Shown: in pieces, positions 1-9,359 of the stretch
Layout of the letters: each line of letters starts with the position of its first letter
Position numbering within the stretch: the stretch's first letter is position 1
Assembly: GCA_965223705.1 (NCBI GenBank)
Contig: OZ245015.1
Span: 3,904,001-3,968,000, forward strand
From: Myxococcota bacterium
Lineage (GTDB): Bacteria; Myxococcota_A; UBA9160; UBA6930
DNA: 64,000 nt
Direction: 5' to 3'
Notes under the pieces: model-generated
Databases searched by the model: none
What the model was told of the DNA's origin: nothing
The model's input: only the letters and a program-made list of their open reading frames with translations
Position numbers and translations under genes: made by a program

Positions 1-1
1 G

Positions 2-1336
2 ACGGCCAACACAGGACGGCGAGCGTTTTCGAGGCTCTTCGACGAGGTCATGTCAGCCGCGCGCTTTCGACTGGAGGGACCCGAAGGAGAGCGGGAACTC
101 AGCGAAGAGGAAGTGCTGTCGCTCCTCTACGACGCCGATCGCGAGACCCGACGCCGCGCGGCGCTGTCCCTGACCGAAGGCCTGCACGAAAACGAGCGCG
201 TCCTCGCGTTCATCTTCAATACGCTCGTTCAGGACAAAGCGCAAAGCGACCGGTTGCGCGCCTACGCGAATCCCATCGACGATCGGAACTTGGCGAACGA
301 AATCGAGGGCGAGTCGGTCCGCGCCCTACTCGACGCCTGCGACGATCGCTACGAACTCGTCCACCGCTACTACCGCTTGAAGGCCGAGCTGCTTGGTCTC
401 TCGCAACTCGAGGACTACGACCGCTACGCGCCGCTCCCGGCGGCGAATCGCGACTTCCGTTTCGACGAAGCGCGCGAGATCGTCATTTCCGCGTATCGCG
501 CGTTCTCTCCGAACATGGCCGAGATCGCCGACCGCTTCTTCGAATCGAATTGGATCGACGCCGAGCTTCGACCGGGGAAACGCGGCGGCGCGTTCAGCGC
601 TTCGACGATCCCGAGCGTGCACCCCTACGTGTTGCTCAACTACACGGGCAACATGCGAGACGTCATGACCGTGGCCCACGAACTGGGGCACGGCGTCCAC
701 CAGTACTTGGCCCGCGAGCAGGGACTCTTCGGTCAGGACACGCCGCTCACCACAGCCGAAACCGCGAGCGTCTTCGGAGAGATGCTCGTGTTTCGCCGCC
801 TCATGGAACAGGAGGACGATCCCGAGGCCCGACTCGCCCTGCTCTGCGGAAAGCTCGAAGACGCGTTCGCAACGGTGTTTCGGCAAGTCGCCATGACCCG
901 TTTTGAACAAAGCCTTCATCGCGCTCGACGCGAGGAAGGCGAACTCGCGGTTACGCGGATCAACGAACTCTGGATGGCGGCGAACGAACCGATGTTCGGC
1001 GACTCGGTGCACCTCGGCGAACACTACGCGTGCTGGTGGCTCTACATCCCGCACTTCGTCCACTCGCCGTTCTACTGCTACGCGTACGCCTACGGCGAAC
1101 TCCTCGTCTTGGCGTTGCTGCAGCGCTACGACGCGCTCGGCGACGTCTTCGTGCCGCGTTACCTCGAGCTCTTGCGCGCGGGCGGATCGGACAAACCCGA
1201 GACCCTGTTGTCCCGGGTCGGCCTCGACATTACCGAGCAGTCGTTCTGGCGGGGCGGACTCGATCTCCTCGAGAATCTCCTCGACCAAGCCGAGACGCTC
1301 GCCGCCGAGCTTCGCGGCGCTGGACAGCGCTCGTGA
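2..1336 (+). CDS. pepF: M3B-family oligoendopeptidase F (5' partial; frame is open to the window edge)
   Basis: HELGH zincin motif, GKRGGAF and HFVHSPFYCYAYAYG motifs typical of M3B. Confidence 0.9.
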   Translation, partial: TANTGRRAFSRLFDEVMSAARFRLEGPEGERELSEEEVLSLLYDADRETRRRAALSLTEGLHENERVLAFIFNTLVQDKAQSDRLRAYANPIDDRNLANEIEGESVRALLDACDDRYELVHRYYRLKAELLGLSQLEDYDRYAPLPAANRDFRFDEAREIVISAYRAFSPNMAEIADRFFESNWIDAELRPGKRGGAFSASTIPSVHPYVLLNYTGNMRDVMTVAHELGHGVHQYLAREQGLFGQDTPLTTAETASVFGEMLVFRRLMEQEDDPEARLALLCGKLEDAFATVFRQVAMTRFEQSLHRARREEGELAVTRINELWMAANEPMFGDSVHLGEHYACWWLYIPHFVHSPFYCYAYAYGELLVLALLQRYDALGDVFVPRYLELLRAGGSDKPETLLSRVGLDITEQSFWRGGLDLLENLLDQAETLAAELRGAGQRS

Positions 1337-1782
1337 CGTCACTCTGGCTGTGGATCTCGCTGGCGGTGCTCGCGGGCCTCCTCGGAAGTGTCCACGTCCC
1401 GCTGAACGGCGCACTCGGCGTCCGCGTCCAGTCCGCCCTCGTCGCGACGTTCTCCTTCTACGGTTTCGCGTTCCTGGCGATCTCGGCGGTTCTCTTTCTG
1501 TCGGGTCAGCGAGGCGGGATCGCCTCGCTTCGCGACGTGCCCCCGGCGTACGTGATCCTGCCGGGCTTGATCAGCGCCGTGGTCGTCGGAACGAATACGT
1601 ATCTGATCCCGAGACTCGGCGCGGTCAACCTCGTCGTGGTCACCGTTGCGGCGCAGTTGGTGGGCCGCGCCGTAATCTCCCACTTCGGGTGGCTCGCTTC
1701 GCCCGTCGACCCCATCACCTGGTCGAAAGCGGTGGGCGCCCTCCTCGTCGCCGGCGGCGCTTTCCTCGTCGTTCGTCACTAG
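1333..1782 (+). CDS. DMT-superfamily (YdcZ/DUF606-like) membrane transporter
   Basis: GTGA overlap with the pepF stop; ~149 aa with about 5 hydrophobic segments; NGALG, PRLGA and ISHFGWL motifs. Confidence 0.75.
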   Translation: MTSLWLWISLAVLAGLLGSVHVPLNGALGVRVQSALVATFSFYGFAFLAISAVLFLSGQRGGIASLRDVPPAYVILPGLISAVVVGTNTYLIPRLGAVNLVVVTVAAQLVGRAVISHFGWLASPVDPITWSKAVGALLVAGGAFLVVRH

Positions 1783-2450
1783 AGAGAGGCAGACTCGTCT
1801 CGAGGGGCTTCGCAGCTCGCCCCGTGTCCTGCGAGCTGACGACGCGCGTTTCTCAAGATGATCCAGTGGGTGATGACCAGGAACGGCACGACGAAGCCCG
1901 GGATCAAGGCCAGGGGCAACTCGCCCATGGGCGCGGTAGTAGCGGGACCGGGCAACACGCCCACTCCCGGCCGCGCGAGCACGCCGAGTGCGATCGCCAG
2001 GGTGAAGTCGAGCAGACCGAGAGCGCTCCATGCGTAAATCGCGCGCAGCGTCGCGCGGCCCCGGTAGAGAGCCACGCCGAGCCAGAACGCTCCGATGGCC
2101 GCCGCGGCGTCGCCGAGGCCAGCGGGAAGCGCGAAGGTTGGCGATAGCACGCCATAGGCCGCGAGAAACACGAAGCCGAGACCCAGCATGCGCCACGTGT
2201 GAAGAAGCACGAGCGGGCGGATATCAATCCGTTCTACCCAGGCGCGAAAGCCCGAGTGGACCCCCAACGCCGCGGCGAACCCGGCGATGGGAAGTGTGAT
2301 CCCGAGCAGAAGGGTCAGGGGCACGCCGAGCGCGTCCTGTTGGAACACGCCGCGAAAGCCTAGGAAGAGCGCCCCGAGAAACCACACGCAGAGGCCGGTC
2401 GCCAGGACGGCCCCTCCCACGACCTCTCGTTGCCGGACAACGGCTGTCAT
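1779..2450 (-). CDS. Uncharacterised polytopic membrane protein co-transcribed with MarR
   Basis: About 6 hydrophobic segments; 4-bp overlap with the MarR stop. Confidence 0.7.
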   Translation of the reverse strand: MTAVVRQREVVGGAVLATGLCVWFLGALFLGFRGVFQQDALGVPLTLLLGITLPIAGFAAALGVHSGFRAWVERIDIRPLVLLHTWRMLGLGFVFLAAYGVLSPTFALPAGLGDAAAAIGAFWLGVALYRGRATLRAIYAWSALGLLDFTLAIALGVLARPGVGVLPGPATTAPMGELPLALIPGFVVPFLVITHWIILRNARRQLAGHGASCEAPRDESASL

Positions 2451-2872
2451 TCGAACCTCCCGATTTCATCGAGCGCGCCCTGCAGCGCACTCCACTGGCG
2501 CGCGCCGAGTGCATCGACAAAGGCGGCCTGAGCCTCGGCCCACCGGGGTGCGGCGCGCTTCAGTTGTGCGCGACCCCGAGACGAGAGCGAGACCAGGCGG
2601 GTCCGGCCCCGGCCGGCGCTGGTATGCAGCAGACCATCCCGTTCCATCGGACGCAGATTGCGCGTGAGGGTCGTCCGCTCGGTGGCCAGCGCCGCCGCGA
2701 GCGCAGAGATCGAAATCGGCCCCGCTTCGGAGACCGCCACCAACAGGGTGAACTGCGTCGAGGTCAGGCCGCACGGTTGGAGCGCCTTGTCGTAGCGGCG
2801 GGTGACGACACGGGCCGCCGAGCGAAGCTTGCGACAGGCGCAGTGGGCAGCGATCTCCGCAGGGTCCGACAT
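2447..2872 (-). CDS. MarR-family transcriptional regulator
   Basis: CACRKLR...YD...GLTSTQFTLL...ERTTLTRNLRPMERDGL winged-helix signature; ATG at 2872. Confidence 0.9.
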   Translation of the reverse strand: MSDPAEIAAHCACRKLRSAARVVTRRYDKALQPCGLTSTQFTLLVAVSEAGPISISALAAALATERTTLTRNLRPMERDGLLHTSAGRGRTRLVSLSSRGRAQLKRAAPRWAEAQAAFVDALGARQWSALQGALDEIGRFE

Positions 2873-2890
2873 ATAGTGTATATACACTAT
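2873..2890. promoter_or_regulatory. Perfect 18-bp AT-rich palindrome ATAGTGTATATACACTAT, probable MarR operator
   Basis: Exact inverted repeat directly abutting the MarR ATG in an otherwise GC-rich region. Confidence 0.75.
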
Positions 2891-2970
2891 CCGTCGGCGC
2901 ACCGCCCGTCCGATGGAGCGGGCGCCGCTCGCAACTAGTCCCTTTGCCCGCGATGCGCGACGCTTAGGGA

Positions 2971-4110
2971 ATGGAACCCGCCACCGTCTTGGAACGTGTC
3001 GACGCCATCGTGCCGAAGCTCGCCGATCTGGCCGAACGCTGTGACGAAGCGCGTCGACTCGCCCCCGAAAGCATGCAGATCCTGTTGAATTCCGGGGTCT
3101 TCCGAATTCCGCAGCCCGCGCGCACCGGCGGCTATGAACTCGACCTGCGCACCTTGGGCGCGGCCGTCACGAAGCTGTCTCGCGGCTGCGCGGCAAGCGG
3201 CTGGGTGCTCATGGTGATGGGCGCGCACCACTTCTGCATGGGGACGTTCTCCGAAGACGCCCAGGACGAAGTGTTCGGCGACGGTCGCGACGGACTCGTC
3301 GCCGGGACGCTCTCGTGGCAGGGAAACGCGGTCGCGTGCGACGGCGGCTACCGCGTCAACGGCCGGTGGCAGTTCTGCTCCGGGGTCGATCACTCGGAGT
3401 GGGTGATGCTCGGGTGCGCCGATCCCGACAGCCACGCCCCTCGCGTCCACGTGGTCGTCCGACCCGAGGAAATCGAGATCGACGACACGTGGCACGTGAT
3501 GGGACTCCAGGGGACGGGCAGCCAAGACGTCGTCGCACACGACGTCTTCGTGCCGGAACACCGGGCGATCGACACGCGCCTGATGTTCGGCGGGCGCAGT
3601 CCGTTTATCGAAGGGCACGCGACGAACCTGTATCGCTTGTCGCCCGAAGCGATGCTGTCGATGTCGGTTTCGACCGCCGTGTTGGGCAGCGCCCAATACG
3701 CCCACGACGCCTTCATCGAGCGGACGAAGGATCGCCGGGTCATTCTGACCGGCGCGAGAAAAGCGGAACATGCCCCGACGCAGATCCGCGCCGCAGAGGC
3801 GGAAGGCGAGCTCCGAGCTGCTCACCTTCTGCAACAAGACGTGTACGACGCGTTCGATCGCCTCCTCGAGAGCGGGGAGCGCTTTGACCGCGCACACACG
3901 ACCTGGGCGCGCTGGCGTGTCTCGCACGCCGCGGCCCTGTGTCGACGCGCCGTCGAACGGTTGTGGAGCGGGTCTGGAGCGCATGGGGTGTACCGAGGTA
4001 GCGCCCTCCAGCGCGCGTTCCGGAACGTGCAAGTCGGCGCTCAGCACGCGAGCCTCGATTTCGACACCGGCGCCGAAGCCTATGGACGCGGGTTGCTGCA
4101 GCCGCGGTAG
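2971..4110 (+). CDS. Flavin-dependent monooxygenase, acyl-CoA dehydrogenase fold (HsaA-like oxygenase component)
   Basis: GRWQFCSGVDHSEW, DDTWHVMGLQGTGS, VFVPEHR and LQRAFRN...QH motifs. Confidence 0.85.
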   Translation: MEPATVLERVDAIVPKLADLAERCDEARRLAPESMQILLNSGVFRIPQPARTGGYELDLRTLGAAVTKLSRGCAASGWVLMVMGAHHFCMGTFSEDAQDEVFGDGRDGLVAGTLSWQGNAVACDGGYRVNGRWQFCSGVDHSEWVMLGCADPDSHAPRVHVVVRPEEIEIDDTWHVMGLQGTGSQDVVAHDVFVPEHRAIDTRLMFGGRSPFIEGHATNLYRLSPEAMLSMSVSTAVLGSAQYAHDAFIERTKDRRVILTGARKAEHAPTQIRAAEAEGELRAAHLLQQDVYDAFDRLLESGERFDRAHTTWARWRVSHAAALCRRAVERLWSGSGAHGVYRGSALQRAFRNVQVGAQHASLDFDTGAEAYGRGLLQPR

Positions 4111-4898
4111 CCGGGAAACTCGTAGTCCGAAAAGCGCGCGATCTCTTCGCGCAGGTCCTCCGTGATCACCGGACCGAAGGACCAAGGGGGCTTCCCGGCG
4201 AGCTCGAGGGACAGGACGCCGACGGCTACGGGCTCTCCGTCGCGATCCTCGACAATCGGACTGCCGGACATTCCGTTGGCGGCGTCGCAGCTCGTCCAGA
4301 TCGCGATCTTCTTGTTGTACGGATACGCCGCGAGTTCGACGGTTTTGCAGACGGCCTCGAGGGGCTCGCCCCGAACGGTGTAGCTCGGCAAGTGGAGGGT
4401 TCCGTCGCACGGCGCGCCCAACGAGAGACGCGCGGTAAAGCGCTCGGGCGGATCGATCTTGAGAAGGGCCCAATCGCCGCGCGAGCGATAGATACGGGGA
4501 TCAAAGGGACCGACCGAGACGTCGCGGACGGTGAACCGGTGGGGCGTTCCGTCGTCGGCGAAGAAGGTCACGTCGAGGGGGCGTCCGTCCTGCGCCGTCG
4601 CCTCGGGGTGCCGGATCGTGTGCGCGGCTGTGAGGATCAGATCTTCGGCGACGCGAAAACCCGAGGCCTTTCGGATCCTTTCCGGATGCTGGATCCGAAT
4701 CCGCACGATGGCGTCGCGGACCCGGGACACGGTCGGCGAGAACCCGCAGCGAAGGCTCCCGCCCCACGGCGCGTGCTCCCCCCAGGGCGTGCAGTCGGCG
4801 GGGCGGGGAGACGGCGCCGCCCACAGCGCAACGCCCAGCAGAAGCCAAAGCGCGCCGATTCCGGCTCGATAAGGCCGCTTGTCGATAGGCGAAAACAA
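4080..4898 (-). CDS. Secreted trypsin-like (S1) serine protease; start uncertain
   Basis: Catalytic triad motifs LTAAH, DWALL and GMSGSP; N-terminal hydrophobic signal-like segment. Confidence 0.8.
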   Translation of the reverse strand: MFSPIDKRPYRAGIGALWLLLGVALWAAPSPRPADCTPWGEHAPWGGSLRCGFSPTVSRVRDAIVRIRIQHPERIRKASGFRVAEDLILTAAHTIRHPEATAQDGRPLDVTFFADDGTPHRFTVRDVSVGPFDPRIYRSRGDWALLKIDPPERFTARLSLGAPCDGTLHLPSYTVRGEPLEAVCKTVELAAYPYNKKIAIWTSCDAANGMSGSPIVEDRDGEPVAVGVLSLELAGKPPWSFGPVITEDLREEIARFSDYEFPGYRGCSNPRP

Positions 4899-4915
4899 GG
4901 CGAAAATGACTCCTT

Positions 4916-7900
4916 ATGTCTGTCGCCGAACTCGCCCGAGATTATGTGGAGCTATCCGCGCGAAGCTCGTTTTCTTTTCTCGAAGGCGTCTCGAATCCCG
5001 AAGATTTAGTCGACCGGGCGGCGGCGTTGGGGCACGGAAACCTCGCTCTGGCGGATCGCGACGGGCTCTATGCCGCGCCGCGTTTCTTTCGCGCGGCGCG
5101 GCAGGCCGGCATCCGCCCGCTGGTCGGCGCCTCCCTCGAAATCGGCGACCGCCGTGCGGAAGCCCCCGGCTCCATCCGCTTGCGCCTCTTGGCAGAATCT
5201 CGCCGCGGCTACCGAAGCCTCTCGCGCCTGCTGACGCGAGCGCAGCACAACGCGCCCAAAGGGGACGCTTTCGCCACCTGGGAAAACCTCGAAGAACACG
5301 CCGACGGCCTGGTCGCGCTCGCGCCGGGCAACGGGACGCTCCATCGCGCGTTTCTCGACCGGGCGCGAAGTCTTTTTCCCGAGCGGCTGTGGATCGAAAT
5401 TTCGCGCACGCGGGACCGATCCGCGTTTGGCGAAGGTCTTTTCGCCACCGCACTCGCCGAATCCCTCGGGCTTCCCATCGTGGCGACCGGAAACGTGCGC
5501 TGCGCGTATCCCGAAGGCCGACGCCTGCTCGACGCGTTCACCTGCCTGCGCGAGAAGACGTCCCTCGACCGCGCCGGACGCCTGCTCGCGCGCAACGGGG
5601 AATGCGCGCTGTTGCCGGCGCGCGACATGGCGGGACGCTTTGCCGATCGCCCCGAGTGGATTCGCGCGAGCAGAGAAATTTCCGAGCGGTGCGCGTACAC
5701 CATGGCGGATCTCGGCTACCGCTTCCCCGACTTCCCGTGTCCCTCCGGCGAAGATCCCGCTTCCTGGCTCTACAAACTCACGTTTGCGGGGGCGCACGAC
5801 CGCTACGGATCCGCACTCTCACCTCGCGTTCGCGCTCAGCTCGAGCGCGAGCTCGCGCTGATCGCGAAGCTCGATCTCGCCGGCTACTTCCTCATCGTCT
5901 ACGACATCGCGCGTTTCGCGAAAGAGCAGAAGATCCTGTGTCAAGGGCGCGGGTCCGCCGCGAACAGCGCCGTCTGCTACGCGCTCGGCATTACCGCCGT
6001 CGATCCCGTCGCCATGGAGCTCTTGTTTGAGCGCTTTCTCTCCGAGGAGCGCGGCGAGTGGCCCGACATCGATCTCGACCTTCCATCGGGCGATCAACGC
6101 GAGCGCGTCATTCAGTACGTCTTCGAGAAATACGGAGAGCGCGGCGCCGCGATGACCGCGACCGTCATCAGCTACAAGACCCGATCCGCCGTCCGCGAGA
6201 TGGGCAAGGTCTTGGGCATGGAACCCGATGCCGTCGATCGGCTCGCGAAAGTGCTCTCGAGTTTTTCCTACCGCGAAGATCTCGATGAGCTCCGAGCGGT
6301 GTTGCGCCAGGCCGGGGTCGATCCCGATGCTCCGCGCATCCGCCTGCTACTCGACCTGGTCGATCAGGTCCGCGGTCTTCCGCGCCACTTGGGCCAACAC
6401 ACCGGCGGCATCGTCATTTCAGCGGGTCGGCTCGATGACGTGGTGCCGATCGAGCCCGCCGCCATGGAGAACCGCGCGGTCATCCAATGGGACAAAGACG
6501 ATTGTGCGGACCTGGGACTGATCAAGATCGATCTGTTGGGCCTCGGCATGCTCGACGCTTTGGAGCGGACCTTGCCCATGGTTCGTGAGCACTACGGGGA
6601 AGAAGTCGACCTCGCTCACTTGCCGCAGAACGACGCCAAGACGTACGCCATGATCCAACGCGCCGACACCATCGGGGTCTTCCAGATCGAAAGCCGCGCA
6701 CAAATGGCGACGCTTCCGCGCATGAAGCCCGCATGCTTTTACGATCTCGTCGTCGAGATCGCCATCATTCGCCCCGGTCCCATCGTCGGCCAGATGGTCC
6801 ACCCTTACTTGAACCGCCGCGCCGGACGAGAAGCCGTGCGCTACCCCCACCCGAGCGTCGAGCCGATCTTGAAGCGCACCCTCGGCGTCCCGATTTTTCA
6901 AGAGCAGCTGCTCCGCGTCGCGATGGTCGCCGCCGGCTTGAGCGGAGGCGAGGCCGAAGAGCTCCGGCGGGCGATGGGCTTCAAGCGTTCCGCCGAGCGA
7001 ATGAAACGCATCGAAGCTTCGCTTCGTGCGGGCATGAACGAGCGCGGCATCGTCGGGGAAGCTCAGGAAGAGATTGTTCGCGGTATCAGCTCCTTCGCGT
7101 TGTACGGGTTCCCCGAATCTCATTCCGCATCGTTTGCGCTCATCGCTTACGCCTCAGCGTACCTACGCGCCCACTACCCGGCCGCGTTTCTAGCCGGCAT
7201 GCTCAACGCGTATCCCTTGGGGTTCTACAACCCGGCGACGTTGGTCAAAGATGGGCAACTCCACGGCGTCGAAGTGCGCGCGATCGATGCGGCGCACTCC
7301 GACTGGGCGTGCACGCTCGAGCCGGGTCGCGAATCTCCCGCCTTACGGCTCGGCCTGCGCTACGTCCACGGCCTGCGCCGAGAAGTCAGCGAACGACTCG
7401 TGCGCGAGCGCCGACGACGGGCTTTTCGCGACTGCGCGGATCTCCTTCGCCGCGTTCCGATGCAGCGCGCCGAACTCGACACGTTGGCCGAGCTCGGCGC
7501 CTTGGCCGGCATCGAGCCCGAACTTCGCGCGCGCCGCGAAGCGCTCTGGCAGGTCTCCGTTCTCGAACGCGACCCCGATTCTCTCTTTGCCGGCCGTCGC
7601 CCCAAGTCGACCACTTCGCCGCTCGAAGAAATGAATCCGCTCGATGAAACCCTCGCCGACTACCGGACCAGCGGTATCACCGTCGGCCCCCATGTCATGC
7701 AACACTTTCGAACGTCGCTTCGCGCTCGCGGGGTTCTCGCCGCCCGCGAGCTTCGCGCCGCGCCGAACGGCCGTTGGGTCACCACTGCGGGTCACGTCAT
7801 CGTGCGCCAGCGCCCGGGCTCGGCGAAGGGCTTCTGTTTTCTCACGCTGGAAGACGAGACGGGAACAGCGAATGCCGTGCTGACACCCGATCAGTTTCAG

Positions 7901-8047
7901 CGCTTCCGAACGCCGCTCCATACCGCGAAATTGATCGAGATCGAAGGCCCCGTTCAAAACGTCGAAGGGGTCATCCACGTTCGCATCCGCAAGCTCCGGC
8001 CCCTGAGTACCGAGCGCAAGCTCCCCGATTCCCACGACTACCGCTAG
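4916..8047 (+). CDS. dnaE2: Error-prone DNA polymerase DnaE2 (ImuC)
   Basis: PHP domain SSFSFLEG, GRGSAANS, PDIDLD, GFPESHSASFA, OB-fold RQRPGSAKG and C-terminal SHDYR (SRDFH-like). Confidence 0.93.
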   Translation: MSVAELARDYVELSARSSFSFLEGVSNPEDLVDRAAALGHGNLALADRDGLYAAPRFFRAARQAGIRPLVGASLEIGDRRAEAPGSIRLRLLAESRRGYRSLSRLLTRAQHNAPKGDAFATWENLEEHADGLVALAPGNGTLHRAFLDRARSLFPERLWIEISRTRDRSAFGEGLFATALAESLGLPIVATGNVRCAYPEGRRLLDAFTCLREKTSLDRAGRLLARNGECALLPARDMAGRFADRPEWIRASREISERCAYTMADLGYRFPDFPCPSGEDPASWLYKLTFAGAHDRYGSALSPRVRAQLERELALIAKLDLAGYFLIVYDIARFAKEQKILCQGRGSAANSAVCYALGITAVDPVAMELLFERFLSEERGEWPDIDLDLPSGDQRERVIQYVFEKYGERGAAMTATVISYKTRSAVREMGKVLGMEPDAVDRLAKVLSSFSYREDLDELRAVLRQAGVDPDAPRIRLLLDLVDQVRGLPRHLGQHTGGIVISAGRLDDVVPIEPAAMENRAVIQWDKDDCADLGLIKIDLLGLGMLDALERTLPMVREHYGEEVDLAHLPQNDAKTYAMIQRADTIGVFQIESRAQMATLPRMKPACFYDLVVEIAIIRPGPIVGQMVHPYLNRRAGREAVRYPHPSVEPILKRTLGVPIFQEQLLRVAMVAAGLSGGEAEELRRAMGFKRSAERMKRIEASLRAGMNERGIVGEAQEEIVRGISSFALYGFPESHSASFALIAYASAYLRAHYPAAFLAGMLNAYPLGFYNPATLVKDGQLHGVEVRAIDAAHSDWACTLEPGRESPALRLGLRYVHGLRREVSERLVRERRRRAFRDCADLLRRVPMQRAELDTLAELGALAGIEPELRARREALWQVSVLERDPDSLFAGRRPKSTTSPLEEMNPLDETLADYRTSGITVGPHVMQHFRTSLRARGVLAARELRAAPNGRWVTTAGHVIVRQRPGSAKGFCFLTLEDETGTANAVLTPDQFQRFRTPLHTAKLIEIEGPVQNVEGVIHVRIRKLRPLSTERKLPDSHDYR

Positions 8048-9274
8048 CTAGCGCGTTTGCTGGGTCTCGGGTCGCACGACCATCCAAACGAGGAGCGACG
8101 CCAAACCCATGACATTGAAAGCCACGACGGCGGTGGTCACGCTGGTCCGCTCCGCGAGCTCGCCGAGGAGATACATCCCGAAGGGTAGAGAGCCGATCGC
8201 CATGCTGAGAAGACCCATCGCCCGACCGCGCATCGAAGCGTCCGAAGCCGTCATCGTGAGCGCGCCCTGGGTCGCGCCGAAGAGGCCGAAGCCGATCGAT
8301 GAAGCGAACAGCGATGCGAGCACCAAGCCGTAGCTCTCGAAAAGAACGAAGCCGAACAGGAAGATCATCGCGATCAACGACCCGACGAGGTGGGCCCAGC
8401 CGCGATGCGGCCTCGCCGCGGCGACCCATAGCGAGCCGACCATCATGCCGACCCCTGTCGATGTCGCGAGGAGCCCGATGCTGACGGGCGTCGCGCCCAG
8501 CCGCTCGCCGACGACTTGAATGATGGGCGTGTACGCGAAACAGAAGAAATCGACGATCACGGTCACGCCGAGAATAGAGACGAGTGTCGGGTTCTTCGGA
8601 AGCGCCCGAAAGCCCGCGGCGATGGACTTCCCGAACGATTCACGCGCCGGTTCGTCTGCACTGGCGATGCTCGGAACGCGCCACATACAAATCGCCGAGA
8701 CCGAGAGCAGACCCGCGATCCCGAGGTAAGCGCCGCCCACGCCGAGCCATTCGATCAGCGAGCCGCCGATGAGCGAGCCCAAGGCGAGCCCGCTCGCCGT
8801 TGAGAGCATCTCGAGCGCCAAGGCATTGTCGATCTGAGTGGGTCCGACGAGATCGTAGACGAGCGCTCGCCGCGCCGTCATGTCGACCACCCAACCGAAC
8901 CCGACGATCGTCATGAAGGGCAGCACGATCCAAACGGTGAGCTGGTCGTGATACCCGAACCATCCCATCGCCGCGGTCACCGGCACCATCGCCGAGAACA
9001 AACCGAGCACCGTCTTGCGGCGATCGAACCGATCGGAAATCGCGCCGCCGAGGATTCCGGCGAAGAGCAACGGGCCCCACATGAAAGCCCCACACAATTG
9101 CACGAGTCTCGGCGAGCTGGTGAGATCGTTCACCACAAAGGTGCCGAGGAAACTGAGCCCCCAGCGCACGATGCTGAAGATCCAGCCGCTCGCGTAGACC
9201 CGCGCGAAATACGGCACTTCGAGCGACTCGAACGCGCGTCTCAAGCCGCTCTCGGGTCGGTGCGGTGCGGTCAC
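8048..9274 (-). CDS. MFS transporter
   Basis: About 12 hydrophobic segments, GAISDRFDRRK motif A and MRGRAMG; GTG at 9274 chosen. Confidence 0.88.
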   Translation of the reverse strand: MTAPHRPESGLRRAFESLEVPYFARVYASGWIFSIVRWGLSFLGTFVVNDLTSSPRLVQLCGAFMWGPLLFAGILGGAISDRFDRRKTVLGLFSAMVPVTAAMGWFGYHDQLTVWIVLPFMTIVGFGWVVDMTARRALVYDLVGPTQIDNALALEMLSTASGLALGSLIGGSLIEWLGVGGAYLGIAGLLSVSAICMWRVPSIASADEPARESFGKSIAAGFRALPKNPTLVSILGVTVIVDFFCFAYTPIIQVVGERLGATPVSIGLLATSTGVGMMVGSLWVAAARPHRGWAHLVGSLIAMIFLFGFVLFESYGLVLASLFASSIGFGLFGATQGALTMTASDASMRGRAMGLLSMAIGSLPFGMYLLGELAERTSVTTAVVAFNVMGLASLLVWMVVRPETQQTR

Positions 9275-9359
9275 GGCCGGCCAGGGTACTCGGCGGCACG
9301 AACCGGCGCCCTGAACTAACTTCATTTGCGCCGGGCGACCTGCCCCGAATGAGGTTCCT

